DNA of 64,000 nucleotides from an uncultured Eubacteriales bacterium (GCA_949296455.1 CASFOZ010000002.1:7574-71573), one strand, 5' to 3'; shown: positions 1 through 10,761, numbered from the stretch's first letter. Made by a program: numbers and translations. Notes: a model not told the origin generated them from the sequence alone.

Positions 1-253
1 GAAAACCGAATCTTTTAAAAATATCGAACGGAGTTTTTTCTGTAAGCGAGGATATATTCACCTTTCCGTTTTTTGAAATCATTGAATGCGTAAAGTTATT
101 TTTATTTACTGAAAAAGCGATTAATTTAGGATTATCCGCAATCTGAACTGCGGTATTAATTATGCAAGCATTATCCTTCTCTGAATTTTTTGTGCTGAGC
201 AAAAATAAACCGTAAGTAAGATTATAAAATGCTGTATTATCTATATTAGCCAT
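1..253 (-). CDS. flavin reductase family protein (FMN-binding split-barrel), N-terminal part; the gene continues left of the window
   Basis: My own translation of the minus strand from the ATG at 253 gives MANIDNTAFYNLTYGLFLLSTKNSEKDNACIINTAVQIADNPKLIAFSVNKNNFTHSMISKNGKV... This resembles flavin-reductase-like domains. It is absent from the ORF track because it is truncated. Confidence 0.5.
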   Translation of the reverse strand, partial: MANIDNTAFYNLTYGLFLLSTKNSEKDNACIINTAVQIADNPKLIAFSVNKNNFTHSMISKNGKVNISSLTEKTPFDIFKRFGF

Positions 254-370
254 AATAATATCCCCTTTTGAAAATTAATTTTGTTATTTTTATTATAAAT
301 TTTTAATCATTGACAGTCAATTATTGTTAAATATTTATTTGCACAAATTTATTGAATAATGACGCAGTTT

Positions 371-399
371 AAAAAAAAAGAGGCGATTGCCTCTTTTCT
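371..399 (-). terminator. rho-independent terminator after the 51-aa ORF
   Basis: Hairpin agaggc-gatt-gcctct. On the minus strand it is followed by a run of 9 T (A-run 371-379 on the plus strand). Confidence 0.6.
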
Positions 400-416
400 G
401 TTTAAAATTATTTTAT

Positions 417-572
417 TTAGTCGCCGCCGCCTTCTTCGCTTGCCGAACCTTCTTCGCTTCTGACTGCCTTTTCTTTATCGCAGCAACTGCATTCTTTGTT
501 TTCAGATTCAGTTTTCACTTCCTCTTCTTTTTTACCTTTAAACATATTTTTCAACTTATCAAAAAATCCCAT
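417..572 (-). CDS. small acidic Cys-containing protein, 51 aa, unknown function
   Basis: My own translation gives MGFFDKLKNMFKGKKEEEVKTESENKECSCCDKEKAVRSEEGSASEEGGGD. A strong RBS (GGAGGAAGG) lies 4 nt upstream of the ATG and a strong terminator follows. It is below the ORF-track length cutoff. The listed plus-strand ORF 387..620 is low-complexity antisense. Confidence 0.4.
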   Translation of the reverse strand: MGFFDKLKNMFKGKKEEEVKTESENKECSCCDKEKAVRSEEGSASEEGGGD

Positions 573-698
573 AATCCTTCCTCCGATAATTTTAATATAT
601 TTTATTACAATAAAAAATAAAATATTACTGTAATTAACTATATTATAAAATAAAAAAGAGAAAAAGTCGATACTTTAAGGAAAATTTCCGACTAAATT

Positions 699-1190
699 TT
701 ACAAAAATTTTAAAATTTTATTCCATTCCGATATTAATTTTTCCAAATTAAACTTAGCATTTGCAGAACTCGTTGAAGGCATTTTAAAATAGTTAATATT
801 GATATCGGAAAATTTACTTTCAAATAAACCGAAGGCTTTAGCGCCGTTTAAAAAAATTGCCTTTATATCGCTGTTATCTAAAAGGTATTCAATATCGTTA
901 TATTCTTTCAATATAAGTTCCGAATCCTGCGAACCTTTAATCTCGCAGCTTTTAACTACATCGAAAAGAGCTATTTTATGTTTTTTAAGCAAAACTTTTT
1001 TATTTTCTACAGAACATAAAAAATCTTCGTTTAAAACAGCGCCTAAAACCTTCCAAAAACGATTTTGGGGATTCATATAATAAAAGCCTTCTCTTCTCGA
1101 TATAACGGAAGGAAAGCTTCCTAAAATCAATATTTTCGAATCGCTGTTTATTATAGGCGGAAAGATATGCTCTTTATAAAAGCTGTCCAT
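699..1190 (-). CDS. DNA-deoxyinosine (hypoxanthine) glycosylase-like, uracil-DNA glycosylase superfamily
   Basis: Motifs ILILGSFPS...EGFYYMNPQNRFWKVL are typical of the hypoxanthine-DNA glycosylase branch of UDGs. The likely start is MDSFYK at 1190, 1 nt after the recR stop. The ORF-track start at 1220 overlaps recR. Confidence 0.65.
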   Translation of the reverse strand: MDSFYKEHIFPPIINSDSKILILGSFPSVISRREGFYYMNPQNRFWKVLGAVLNEDFLCSVENKKVLLKKHKIALFDVVKSCEIKGSQDSELILKEYNDIEYLLDNSDIKAIFLNGAKAFGLFESKFSDININYFKMPSTSSANAKFNLEKLISEWNKILKFL

Positions 1191-1191
1191 T

Positions 1192-1776
1192 TTATATTTC
1201 TTTTCTGTCGTCGAGAGCACGGGCTAATGTGATTTCGTCGGTATATTCTATATCCCCGCCGATAGGTATTCCGTGTGCAAGCCTTGTTACCTTTATTCCC
1301 AAAGGCTTAACTAATTTGGATATATATAACGCAGTAGCCTCTCCCGATACATCGGGATTGGTTGCTACAATAATTTCTTTTACTCCGTCAAGTCTGCTAA
1401 GAAGTTCTTTAATTCTTAAATTATCCGGACCTACCCCGTCTAAAGGGCTTATAGTTCCCTTGAGTACATGATAAACGCCCTTGAACTGTTTCGATTTTTC
1501 GATAGCGTTGATATCTCTCGGAAATGCGACTACGCAAATAACGCTGCGGTCTCTTTCACTGCAAATCGAACAAATTTCCCTATCGGTATAATTTCCGCAA
1601 AGAGAACAGAAGCCTATATTTTTTTTAGCGTCGACAATGGAATCGGCAAACCTCTGAACATCTTCATCGGACATGTTCAATACGGCATAGGCAAAACGCT
1701 GAGCGGTTTTCCGTCCTACAGACGGAAGTTTAGTAAACTCGGCGATTAGTTTTTGAAGGGAATCTATATATTCCAT
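1192..1776 (-). CDS. recR: recombination protein RecR
   Basis: HhH N-terminus (LPSVGRKTAQR), C4 zinc finger CSLCGN...CSIC and a Toprim domain. It lies in the conserved dnaX-ybaB-recR order. Confidence 0.95.
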   Translation of the reverse strand: MEYIDSLQKLIAEFTKLPSVGRKTAQRFAYAVLNMSDEDVQRFADSIVDAKKNIGFCSLCGNYTDREICSICSERDRSVICVVAFPRDINAIEKSKQFKGVYHVLKGTISPLDGVGPDNLRIKELLSRLDGVKEIIVATNPDVSGEATALYISKLVKPLGIKVTRLAHGIPIGGDIEYTDEITLARALDDRKEI

Positions 1777-2105
1777 TAAAAGAGTCCCATTCCGCCTGAA
1801 AGCGGTCCCATTTTTTCTTCCGAAGTTTTTTCTGCTGTGGTAATAGCTTCGTTAACTGCTGCGATAATAAGGTCTTCGAGCATTTCGACATCGTCGGGAT
1901 CGACAGCTTCCGGTTTAATTTTCAAAGAAACAAGTTTTTTGTCGCAAGTCATGGTAACTTCCACCATACCGCCGCCTGCGGTCGCAACGACTTCGGTCTC
2001 AGCGAGTTCTTCCTGAGCTTTAAGAATATCCTGTTGCATTTTTTGAGCCTGACGCATAAGCTGCTGCATATTTCCGCCGCCAAAGCCCCCGTTAAATTTT
2101 GCCAT
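1776..2105 (-). CDS. ybaB: YbaB/EbfC nucleoid-associated protein
   Basis: Sequence NMQQLMRQAQKMQQDILKAQEEL...GGGMVEVTM is typical of YbaB. It sits between dnaX and recR. Confidence 0.9.
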   Translation of the reverse strand: MAKFNGGFGGGNMQQLMRQAQKMQQDILKAQEELAETEVVATAGGGMVEVTMTCDKKLVSLKIKPEAVDPDDVEMLEDLIIAAVNEAITTAEKTSEEKMGPLSGGMGLF

Positions 2106-2106
2106 A

Positions 2107-3609
2107 TTAGCCTCCCTTTTTATTTTTTAAAGTTGATTGAAAAAGACTGTCTATATCGTCTTCTTCCTCTTTTTTATTATCTTTGACAAGTACTTTTATT
2201 ATAAAATTATAACCGGATTCTTTTTTTATAAGTGAACTTATAAGCGAAAGATTATTTTCCTGTTTTATAAACTCGGCATCGAAAGTATTAGGAGTAGTAA
2301 TACAAAAGACCCCTTCTACAATTTCTGCTTTTACCACTTGTTTAGCGGTTTTTTCAAGCATGGGATTAACACCGTCCGAAAGTCTGTATAAAACACGGGT
2401 CCAAAGTTTTCCTGCATTTTGTATTACGGGCTTATTCTCGTTTTTAGGCAAGGAAACTGTACCCGACAAGCCTTTGTTTTCCAAATTTTTAATACGCAAA
2501 AGCAACCCGTCATAAGACAAATCGGATTTTATACTCGAAGCTCTTACAAGAGCACATTCGAAAAGAATACGGGGTTTAAATGAATATTTTAAACTTCCTT
2601 CGATAGACAGCATAATTTCTGCCGCACGGACGGCGAAACTTCTGTCGAAATCGTTGAGCAATGATTTGATTTTTTCGTTCTGATTGTCGCTGAAATTTTT
2701 TATTTTCCCTGCACTGCTTTCGAAATAAATAAGATTTCTGAGAAATTCTGCAATCTGATTTGAAAGTTGCAAGACATCGGCTCCGTTATTTAAAATTTCG
2801 TCGGACTTTTTGAGTAGATTTTTTATATCCCCTTCAAGAAGGTATTTAGTAATTTCATAAAGATTATCGAAGCGGGTAACGCCTAAAACTTCGGTTACAT
2901 CGTCATAAGAAATTTTTTCTCCGCCTGCGTAAGAAAGGCACATATCGGCAATGGAAAGCGTATCTCTGACGCTTCCTTCTCCGAAAGAAGCTATAAGTTT
3001 GACTGCTTGTTCATCGTAATTTATTTTCAATTTATCGAAAATGGATTTAACCTGTTTTTCAAGTAAAGAATCGGGAACAAGCCTGAAATCGAATTTAAGA
3101 CATCTTGAAATTATAGTTTCCGGAAGTTTATGAACCTCTGTTGTCGCAAGAATAAAGATAACGTGTTCGGGAGGCTCTTCGAGTGTTTTCAGTAAAGCAT
3201 TGAAAGCGCTGAGACTCAGCATATGAACTTCATCGATAATATAAACTTTATATTTTCCGACAGTAGGCTGATATTTTGAATTTTCTATAATTTCTCTTAT
3301 TTCGTTAACGCCGTTATTGCTTGCTGCATCTATTTCGATAATATCGAGATTTGCGTCGATTGAAAGTTTTAAACAATTTTCGCACTTATTGCAAGGCGAC
3401 CCTGAGGAATTGTTAAGGCAGTTTACGGCACGGGCAAAAATTTTAGCGGCTGTGGTTTTTCCTGTTCCTCTTGCCCCCGTAAAAAGATAAGCATGAGAAA
3501 TATTCCCGCTTTTGATTTGGTTTTTCAAAGTACGGGTAATATGATTCTGCCCTATCATTTCTTCGAAAGTAACAGGTCTGTACTTTCTGTAAAGCGATTT
3601 ATATGCCAT
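2107..3609 (-). CDS. dnaX: DNA polymerase III subunit gamma/tau
   Basis: Motifs YRKYRP..F.E..GQ, Walker A GARGTGKTT, zinc module CNKCENC, DEVHML and SRC. Confidence 0.95.
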   Translation of the reverse strand: MAYKSLYRKYRPVTFEEMIGQNHITRTLKNQIKSGNISHAYLFTGARGTGKTTAAKIFARAVNCLNNSSGSPCNKCENCLKLSIDANLDIIEIDAASNNGVNEIREIIENSKYQPTVGKYKVYIIDEVHMLSLSAFNALLKTLEEPPEHVIFILATTEVHKLPETIISRCLKFDFRLVPDSLLEKQVKSIFDKLKINYDEQAVKLIASFGEGSVRDTLSIADMCLSYAGGEKISYDDVTEVLGVTRFDNLYEITKYLLEGDIKNLLKKSDEILNNGADVLQLSNQIAEFLRNLIYFESSAGKIKNFSDNQNEKIKSLLNDFDRSFAVRAAEIMLSIEGSLKYSFKPRILFECALVRASSIKSDLSYDGLLLRIKNLENKGLSGTVSLPKNENKPVIQNAGKLWTRVLYRLSDGVNPMLEKTAKQVVKAEIVEGVFCITTPNTFDAEFIKQENNLSLISSLIKKESGYNFIIKVLVKDNKKEEEDDIDSLFQSTLKNKKGG

Positions 3610-3669
3610 AATAAATTAAGTATATCCCATTATAAAAAGTAATGCAAGGATTTAACGGTTATGAAATCT

Positions 3670-4563
3670 TTAATCGGACTTTCTGACGGCTTCTGCAACG
3701 GCTTCTGCCATAAGGCGTGTAATATTAATAGAAAGCACAGTAAAATCGGCGTCGGTTTTATTCGAAGCCAATCCGAAAATACTGTCTCCGTCAAAAAGAG
3801 TATGCACAGGTCTTATGGCAAGAGCCAAACCGTCATGAGCGATATCGCATAATTTATTCATCTGAGTTTTGTTGAGTTTAGCGTTTGTAAGAATACACGC
3901 TATCGTAGTATTTCCGCTTTGGGGCTTTATTTTTTTACCCGCCTTTTCGGAAAGAGAAAAAACGCCGAGTTTGAATCCTGCAATACTTGCGCCTTTAATC
4001 ATTTTTCCGTTATTGAAATCGTATATATCCCCTAATGAATTTACCGCAACGATAACAGCCATTTCCACATCGTCTATTTTAAGACAAGCACAACCTAAAC
4101 CGCCTTTTTTTGCAAGTTTGGCGCCCAAGGCTTTTCCGACAGTACAGCCTGTTCCCGCTCCGATACTTCCGGATTTAAAATTATTCGACACTGCGTTAAC
4201 GCAAGCCTTATATCCCATATTTTTATCGGGGAAACCGAATTTACCGAAAGTAAGGTCGAAAAGCGAAGCACCGCAGACTATCGGAACCTTATATCCCAAA
4301 GAATCGAAACCGATATTTTTTTCTCTTAGATAATCGCTTACTCCGCAACAAGCTTCCAGTCCGAAAGCGCTTCCGCCTGATAAAACAACGGCATTGACTT
4401 CGGAAACGAGATTTTCCGATTTAAGTAAATCTGTCTCCCTTGTTGCGGGAGCGCCGCCTCTGACGCTTACTCCGCCTGTTGTATGCTCGGGAGCGATAAT
4501 TACGGTCACGCCGGTTTTTATATCATCGTCTTGTTCGTGTCCTATTTTAAATTCTTCTAACAT
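3670..4563 (-). CDS. P1 family peptidase (DmpA/S58 aminopeptidase-like)
   Basis: Motifs GVTVIIAPE..GGVSVRGGAPATRETD, LSGGSAFGL and GNTTIACILTNAKL. The likely start is MLEEF, with a GGAGGG RBS upstream. Confidence 0.8.
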   Translation of the reverse strand: MLEEFKIGHEQDDDIKTGVTVIIAPEHTTGGVSVRGGAPATRETDLLKSENLVSEVNAVVLSGGSAFGLEACCGVSDYLREKNIGFDSLGYKVPIVCGASLFDLTFGKFGFPDKNMGYKACVNAVSNNFKSGSIGAGTGCTVGKALGAKLAKKGGLGCACLKIDDVEMAVIVAVNSLGDIYDFNNGKMIKGASIAGFKLGVFSLSEKAGKKIKPQSGNTTIACILTNAKLNKTQMNKLCDIAHDGLALAIRPVHTLFDGDSIFGLASNKTDADFTVLSINITRLMAEAVAEAVRKSD

Positions 4564-4748
4564 TTTCCCTCCGATAATCAAAATCAGAATATTTTTCTTT
4601 ATTCGAATTTACTGTTGCTGTCGTTAAGTTTATTCTTTAATAAATTAAACTTTAAACTTGTTTAATTAACACTTTAATTTTGTTTTACCGATTTAAAAAT
4701 AAATATTTTTACGGATAAAATCCATTTTAAAAATACCGATTTTTATTC

Positions 4749-5681
4749 TTAAACCACATCACCTGAAAAAACAGTAGTCTTTCCGTCAACGGTTTTAAGA
4801 ATGAGAAAACCGTTGTCGTCCAACCCTTCTGCAAATCCTTCGATATATTCCCCGTTTTTTGAAATTTTGGCATTTTTCCCGATTGTAATCGATTTCAGAA
4901 GGTATTTTTGTTTAATCGGTTCAAATCCTTGTCTTTTAAGGATATTTTCATAGTCGAAAAATTCCTTTACGATATCGGCGCAAATTTCATTTCCGTTTTC
5001 ATTTTTACCGGTCACGGAAACGAGATTAACCGCATTTTCAATAGCCGAAACATCGTTACTTATATTAACTCCTATTCCCGATACGAGAGCATGAATTTTA
5101 TCGAAGTCGGAAAATGTTTCAAGCAGTATTCCGCAAATTTTTTTACCTTTTACAAGAACATCGTTAGGCCATTTACACATAGCTTCAACACCGTGTTTTT
5201 CAAGAGCCGAAGCGACAGCCAAGGCGCTGATTATAACATACCTCGGTGCCATAGACGGAAGTATATCCGAAGGCTTTATGACTATTGAAAAATAAATTCC
5301 GCCTTCGCCTGAAAGAAACTTCCTTTGCAATCTGCCCTTTCCCGAAAGCTGTTTTCTTGCTGCACATATTCCCGTGAATCCTTTTTTGTGAATAAGTTTA
5401 AGAGCCTGATTATTTGTACTGTCCCATTCACCGAACTCAACAGGCTCGAAAATTTTTCTTTTTTCAAGTTCGTATTTTAAAGAATACTCGTTGAACTTTT
5501 CATTCACGATTTTATATCCTGTTCCCCTCTCTCCTTCGATATCGATACCGGCTTTTCTTAATTTTTCTATTTTTTTAAGAATTGCATTACGGGAAATATT
5601 CAATTCCTTTGCGGCAGTTTCGCCCGATAGCAAATTGTTTTCTTTAAGCATTTTATAAACGCTAAAACTCATTATCGTCAT
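4749..5681 (-). CDS. birA: bifunctional biotin-[acetyl-CoA-carboxylase] ligase / biotin operon repressor
   Basis: N-terminal HTH (ETAAKELNISRNAILKKIEKLR), GRGRxx-like motif GKGRLQRKF and KWPNDV. Confidence 0.9.
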   Translation of the reverse strand: MTIMSFSVYKMLKENNLLSGETAAKELNISRNAILKKIEKLRKAGIDIEGERGTGYKIVNEKFNEYSLKYELEKRKIFEPVEFGEWDSTNNQALKLIHKKGFTGICAARKQLSGKGRLQRKFLSGEGGIYFSIVIKPSDILPSMAPRYVIISALAVASALEKHGVEAMCKWPNDVLVKGKKICGILLETFSDFDKIHALVSGIGVNISNDVSAIENAVNLVSVTGKNENGNEICADIVKEFFDYENILKRQGFEPIKQKYLLKSITIGKNAKISKNGEYIEGFAEGLDDNGFLILKTVDGKTTVFSGDVV

Positions 5682-6291
5682 CTCCGCCGTTTAAATCGAA
5701 ACGATTCAAACAATCTTTTACTTCATCGTAAGAAAACCCACGGGATAAAAGATATCTGAACAGTTTGTTTTTTTCTTCCATGGTTATATTTTTTCTGCCT
5801 CTTAAATACTTTTCTGCAAGAGCGGTAGCGCTTTCCTTGTAATCGAATCCTTCCGTCTCGCTATCTGCAATATCTTTCGATATTCCCATTTTGATTAATT
5901 CGCTTTTTATTTTAACCTTACCTGAATTCTTTGATTTAGACCTTGCATAAACTCCCGCTACATATTCGTCGTCTATGTAGCCGTATTTTTTAGCTTTTAA
6001 AATAGTTTCATCTATGCACTCAGGTGAAAAATTTTTTTCTTTAAGTTTATCTCTTATTTGTTTTTCCGATTTAAGATATTTTGAAACATAATCTACAAGA
6101 TAATCAAAGCAACCGTTTAATTCCGCATTTTTTACCGCAAGTTCGAACTTGCTTTCGGAAATATTATCTCCTTCTTTAAGTCCTCCCGACAAAATATCGA
6201 AATCGCTGAGCGAAGCCTTGAACTCATCGTCAATGTAAACATTATACCTTGTTTTATTTCTTTTTTGTCTTTCGATACGGGTTATTTTCAT
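5662..6291 (-). CDS. recX: recombination regulator RecX
   Basis: Repeated three-helix RecX modules (..YLSRGFSYDEV..). The likely start, MKITRIE, overlaps the stop of the upstream gene by 1 nt (TAATG). Confidence 0.8.
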   Translation of the reverse strand: MKITRIERQKRNKTRYNVYIDDEFKASLSDFDILSGGLKEGDNISESKFELAVKNAELNGCFDYLVDYVSKYLKSEKQIRDKLKEKNFSPECIDETILKAKKYGYIDDEYVAGVYARSKSKNSGKVKIKSELIKMGISKDIADSETEGFDYKESATALAEKYLRGRKNITMEEKNKLFRYLLSRGFSYDEVKDCLNRFDLNGGDDDNEF

Positions 6292-7286
6292 TAAAGTCCC
6301 CACCCTTCAGGAATAAAATTTTCTCTGAAAACTTTAATTGCGAAGTTATCGCTCATAGAAGAAATATAATCGAGAACGGCTTTAACATCACCGTCTTTTT
6401 CACGAACATTGAGATATAAAGAAGGCAAATTCTGAGGATAATCGAGAAAATGCTTATAAAGCAATTCTATAAGTCTGTTGGCTTTCACCTCTTCGCTTTT
6501 TGCGTCGTTGTCGTGATAAACGTTTTTGAACATAAAATTTCTGAGTTCTTCCATCGCTTCTTCCTTTTCCTGAGACAGAGCGACGAAAGGCTTATCCATA
6601 CTGTTTAAAACGAGGTCTTTAACAAGAGTGGTTATTCTTTTACTTTTATCGTTGCCTAAAATTTTAATAATTTCTTTCGGTAAATCCTTTTCCTTTAAGA
6701 TTCCCGCTCTTTCCGCATCTTCTATGTCGTGATTTATGTAAGCGATTCTATCGGCATAACTTACGACTTTTCCTTCCAAAGTTTTAGGTTTACCGTTTTT
6801 TTTATGATTGAGAATACCGTCTCTTACTTCAAAGGTTAAATTTAGTCCTTTACCGTCGTTTTCAAGAACTTCAACGACTCTTAAACTTTGTTCGTTATGT
6901 TCGAAGTGTCCTGAAAGTCTGTTAAGTACACCCTCGCCGGTATGTCCGAAAGGAGTATGTCCTAAATCATGTCCCAAACTTATAGCCTCTACCAAATCTT
7001 CGTTGAGTCGCAACGAACGGGCAATAGTTCTTGCAATCTGCTGAACTTCGAGAGTGTGGGTAAGCCTTGTACGGTAATGGTCACCCTCCGGCGACAGAAA
7101 AACCTGAGTTTTGTGTTTTAAGCGTCTGAATGATTTGGAATGCAGAATTCTGTCTCTGTCACGCATAAATTCGCTTCTTAAAGAGTCCGGTTTTAAAGGT
7201 TTTTCCCTTCCTTTAGTCAGGTATGATTTTACTGCGTAAGGAGAAAGATTTTTTTCTCTTTCTTCGATAATTTCTCTTATTTCCAT
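6291..7286 (-). CDS. dGTP triphosphohydrolase-like HD-domain protein
   Basis: Motifs RSEFMRDRDRILHS..FRRLK.KTQV, RLTHTLEV and GHDLGHTPFGH. Confidence 0.85.
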   Translation of the reverse strand: MEIREIIEEREKNLSPYAVKSYLTKGREKPLKPDSLRSEFMRDRDRILHSKSFRRLKHKTQVFLSPEGDHYRTRLTHTLEVQQIARTIARSLRLNEDLVEAISLGHDLGHTPFGHTGEGVLNRLSGHFEHNEQSLRVVEVLENDGKGLNLTFEVRDGILNHKKNGKPKTLEGKVVSYADRIAYINHDIEDAERAGILKEKDLPKEIIKILGNDKSKRITTLVKDLVLNSMDKPFVALSQEKEEAMEELRNFMFKNVYHDNDAKSEEVKANRLIELLYKHFLDYPQNLPSLYLNVREKDGDVKAVLDYISSMSDNFAIKVFRENFIPEGWGL

Positions 7287-7515
7287 ATAGATATTTTACT
7301 ACATTTTCCTTGATTTTAACAAGCGTTTGACCTTATTGAAAGTTTAAAGGTTTTTCTTAATTGACGCTCTCTAAATTCGATATCCGCTTTACTCTCTGAT
7401 TATTGAACAAGCATACAAAAAAACGAGCCGTCGCCCGATATAAAAATCAGAAACTTAATACAAATAAAAAAGCTGTCCGCTTATTAAAAAATATAAATAA
7501 GCAGGCTTTAAACAA

Positions 7516-7544
7516 GTGACAAAAATAAAAAGAATATATATAAT
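7516..7544 (+). promoter_or_regulatory. candidate sigma-A promoter for asnA-glnN
   Basis: GTGACA, 17-nt spacer, TATAAT, about 30 nt upstream of the asnA ATG. Confidence 0.35.
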
Positions 7545-7573
7545 TATAATATTAAGTTTACGGAGAAATAGAT

Positions 7574-8581
7574 ATGTTATTACTCGATAAAATACCTTCT
7601 GATTACAAATCCGCTCTCACATTGACTCAAACGGAAGAAGCAATCAAATTTTGCAAAGACACGTTTCAAAACGAACTTAAAAAAGCCCTTCTTTTAAAAA
7701 GAGTATCCGCTCCCCTTTTCGTCCTTAGGAAAACGGGTTTCAACGATAACCTTAACGGGGTTGAAAGACCGGTATCTTTCGATATCAAAGAAACACAGGA
7801 AACGGCGGAAGTAGTTCACAGTCTTGCCAAATGGAAAAGATATGCTTTAAAAAAATACGGTATTGAAGCCCCTTGCGGACTCTATACGGATATGAACGCA
7901 ATAAGAAGAGATGAAATTACGGATAATTTTCACTCTCTTTATGTAGACCAATGGGATTGGGAAAAGGTAATAAACAAAGAAGACAGAACCCTCGAATATC
8001 TCAAACAAACCGTAAACAAAATATATTCGGCTCTTAAAAAAACCGCATGCAAACTTGAAAAGAAATTCAATTTAAGAAACGAACTTGTAAACAAGGTAAC
8101 TTTTATAACATCTCAGGAACTTGAAAATATGTATCCCAAAAACACTCCCGCCGAAAGAGAAAGATTATATGTTAAAGAAAAAGGTGCGATATTTGTAATG
8201 CAGATAGGCGGGAAATTGAAATCGGGAAAGCCGCACGATTTAAGAGCGCCCGATTATGACGATTGGAACCTTAACGGAGATTTAATTCTTTACTATCCCC
8301 TTTTGGATTCTGCACTTGAAATATCGTCAATGGGAATAAGAGTGGATAAAGATTCTCTTATAAGTCAATTAAAAAGCTGCAACCTTGAAAGTCGGCTTGA
8401 ACTTCTTTTCCATAAGGAATTAATAGAAGGCAAACTTCCCCTTACGATAGGAGGCGGAATAGGACAATCGAGGCTTTGTATGTATCTTCTCAAAAAGGCA
8501 CACATAGGCGAAGTACAATGCTCGCTGTGGCGTGACGAAGATGTAAATAAACTTAACAATATGGGAATAAACCTTCTGTAA
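7574..8581 (+). CDS. asnA: aspartate--ammonia ligase (asparagine synthetase A)
   Basis: The length and motifs (TQ.AI..IK..F...L...[22 protein letters not shown]) match AsnA. Confidence 0.9.
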   Translation: MLLLDKIPSDYKSALTLTQTEEAIKFCKDTFQNELKKALLLKRVSAPLFVLRKTGFNDNLNGVERPVSFDIKETQETAEVVHSLAKWKRYALKKYGIEAPCGLYTDMNAIRRDEITDNFHSLYVDQWDWEKVINKEDRTLEYLKQTVNKIYSALKKTACKLEKKFNLRNELVNKVTFITSQELENMYPKNTPAERERLYVKEKGAIFVMQIGGKLKSGKPHDLRAPDYDDWNLNGDLILYYPLLDSALEISSMGIRVDKDSLISQLKSCNLESRLELLFHKELIEGKLPLTIGGGIGQSRLCMYLLKKAHIGEVQCSLWRDEDVNKLNNMGINLL

Positions 8582-8595
8582 TAAAGGAGAAAAAT

Positions 8596-10692
8596 ATGGA
8601 TAAAATAACCTCAATATTCGGAGCAAATGTTTTTAACGACGAAGTAATGCGCTCGATGCTTCCTGACGATATATACAAGTCCTTGCGAAACACAATGGAC
8701 AACGGTACTCCCTTGCAGGAAGATGTAGCAAAAGTCGTTGCAAATGCAATGAAAGATTGGGCAATACAAAAAGGCGCCACTCATTATACCCATTGGTTCC
8801 AGCCTATGACGGGAATAACGGCAGAAAAACACGACAGTTTTTTGACACCCACAAAAGACGGCAAATGTATAATGGAATTTTCGGGAAAGGAACTTGTAAA
8901 GGGCGAACCTGACGCATCGAGTTTTCCTAGCGGCGGAATAAGAGCTACATTCGAAGCGAGAGGATACACTTCATGGGACCCTACTTCCTATGCTTTCATA
9001 AAAGACGGTTCGCTTTGTATTCCGACGGCATTCTGTTCATACAGCGGCGAAGCGTTGGATATGAAGACTCCCCTTCTTCGTTCTATGGAAGCGATAAACA
9101 CGCAAGCATTAAGGGTATTAAAGCTTTTCAAAAATAACGAAGGGGTAAAGAGAGTCACCTCGACAGTGGGTCCGGAACAGGAATATTTTCTGATAGATAA
9201 AAATATTTTCAATAAGAGAAAAGATTTGGTATATACCGGCAGAACTCTGTTCGGAGCAAAGCCTCCGAAAGGACAGGAACTCGACGACCACTATTTCGGT
9301 TCTTTAAAGCCGAGAGTTTCTGCGTTTATGAAAGAACTCGACGAAGAACTCTGGAAACTCGGAATTTACGCAAAAACCAAACATAACGAAGTTGCACCGG
9401 CTCAGCACGAACTTGCGCCCGTATTCACTACAACCAACGTGGCAACCGACCATAACCAGCTTACTATGGAAATAATGAAAACGGTAGCGAGAAAACACGA
9501 CCTTGCCTGCATACTTCACGAAAAGCCGTTTGCCAATCTTAACGGAAGCGGCAAACACAATAACTGGTCTCTCAGCACGGACACGGGAGTCAATCTTTTA
9601 GAACCCGGAAAATCTCCTTACGAAAACGCACAATTTATTTTGTTTTTGGTAGCGGTAATAAAAGCGGTAGACGAAAATCAGGATTTATTAAGAATTTCCG
9701 TAGCCTCTGCGGGTAACGACCATAGATTAGGCTCTAACGAAGCTCCGCCCGCAATCATATCGATATTTTTAGGCGAAGAACTTGAAGAAATACTCGAATC
9801 CATGGCAACAGGAAATAAATACAAAGCTAAAGAAAAATCGAGAATGGAACTCGGTGTTACCACTCTTCCTAAATTCACAAGAGATTCCACGGACAGAAAC
9901 CGCACCTCACCTTTTGCTTTTACGGGAAACAAATTCGAATTCAGAATGCCCGGCTCCACCCTATCGGTAGCCGGACCGAATACCGTTATAAATACAATCG
10001 TGGCAGAATCTTTGAGACAGTTTGCCGACACTCTCGAAAATGCGGAAAACTTCGACGAAGCGCTTAACAAGTTAGTCGTTTCCACTTATAAAAAACATAA
10101 AAGAATTATATACAACGGAAACAATTATTCAAAAGAATGGGTTGAGGAAGCGGAAAGAAGAGGACTTTTAAATCTTGTTTCCAGCGCCGATTCTATACCT
10201 TTATATGCTTCTAAAAAGAATGTTGAATTATTTGCCCGCCATAAGGTGTTCAGTGAAAAAGAACTTGTAAGCAGAACCGAAATACTTCTTGAGAATTATT
10301 GCAAGACGATAAATATAGAAGCTCTAACCATGAACAGAATTGTTAAAAAAGATATATTCCCTGCCGTAAATCTTTATATAAGAGAAACATGTAAAAATGT
10401 TGAAAGCAAGAAAGCTTTTTCGGAAAATCTTAACACATCCGTTGAAGAGAAAATAATAACCCGCCTGAACGAACTCAATATGAAATTGATAAACGATGTA
10501 TATAAACTTGAAAAAACACTTAAAAAAGCAGAAGAAATAACCGATTATGTAAAGAAATCTGCCTTTTTCAGAAAAGAAGTTTATACGGCAATGGAAAAAA
10601 TGCGTTCATATGCCGATGAAATGGAATTATTCGTCGGAAGAAATTATTGGCCCTTCCCGACATACGGCGACCTTTTATCAAGCGTAAACTGA
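8596..10692 (+). CDS. glnN: glutamine synthetase type III
   Basis: At 698 aa it has the GS-III N-terminal domain ([11 protein letters not shown]) and the catalytic region ([21 protein letters not shown]). It starts 14 nt after asnA. Confidence 0.9.
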   Translation: MDKITSIFGANVFNDEVMRSMLPDDIYKSLRNTMDNGTPLQEDVAKVVANAMKDWAIQKGATHYTHWFQPMTGITAEKHDSFLTPTKDGKCIMEFSGKELVKGEPDASSFPSGGIRATFEARGYTSWDPTSYAFIKDGSLCIPTAFCSYSGEALDMKTPLLRSMEAINTQALRVLKLFKNNEGVKRVTSTVGPEQEYFLIDKNIFNKRKDLVYTGRTLFGAKPPKGQELDDHYFGSLKPRVSAFMKELDEELWKLGIYAKTKHNEVAPAQHELAPVFTTTNVATDHNQLTMEIMKTVARKHDLACILHEKPFANLNGSGKHNNWSLSTDTGVNLLEPGKSPYENAQFILFLVAVIKAVDENQDLLRISVASAGNDHRLGSNEAPPAIISIFLGEELEEILESMATGNKYKAKEKSRMELGVTTLPKFTRDSTDRNRTSPFAFTGNKFEFRMPGSTLSVAGPNTVINTIVAESLRQFADTLENAENFDEALNKLVVSTYKKHKRIIYNGNNYSKEWVEEAERRGLLNLVSSADSIPLYASKKNVELFARHKVFSEKELVSRTEILLENYCKTINIEALTMNRIVKKDIFPAVNLYIRETCKNVESKKAFSENLNTSVEEKIITRLNELNMKLINDVYKLEKTLKKAEEITDYVKKSAFFRKEVYTAMEKMRSYADEMELFVGRNYWPFPTYGDLLSSVN

Positions 10693-10726
10693 TAAATTAA
10701 TTTAAATAATTTTGAAAATCGTTAAA

Positions 10727-10761
10727 ATAAAAAACCGTCTTTAAGCGGTTTTTATTTTTAA
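10727..10761 (+). terminator. rho-independent terminator after glnN (A/T flanks, potentially bidirectional)
   Basis: aaaaccg-tctttaag-cggtttt followed by TTTTTATTTTT. Confidence 0.7.

Noticed and set aside
387-620. Plus-strand 77-aa ORF from the track (MPLFCLKLFYLVAAAFF...)
   Set aside because: It is a hydrophobic low-complexity translation antisense to a better-supported 51-aa minus-strand ORF that has an RBS and a terminator. It has no RBS of its own.
2107-3609. Programmed ribosomal frameshift site in dnaX (gamma versus tau)
   Set aside because: I noticed no A-AAA-AAG-type slippery heptamer with a downstream structure in the relevant middle part of the gene. The only A-rich run is at the extreme 3' end.
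7287-7573. Possible T-box or leader RNA upstream of asnA-glnN, and the hairpin at 7472-7507
   Set aside because: No T-box consensus, specifier-loop features or glutamine-riboswitch-like motifs are visible. The hairpin is weak and AT-rich, and no U-tract follows it on the coding strand. The region reads as an ordinary AT-rich promoter region.
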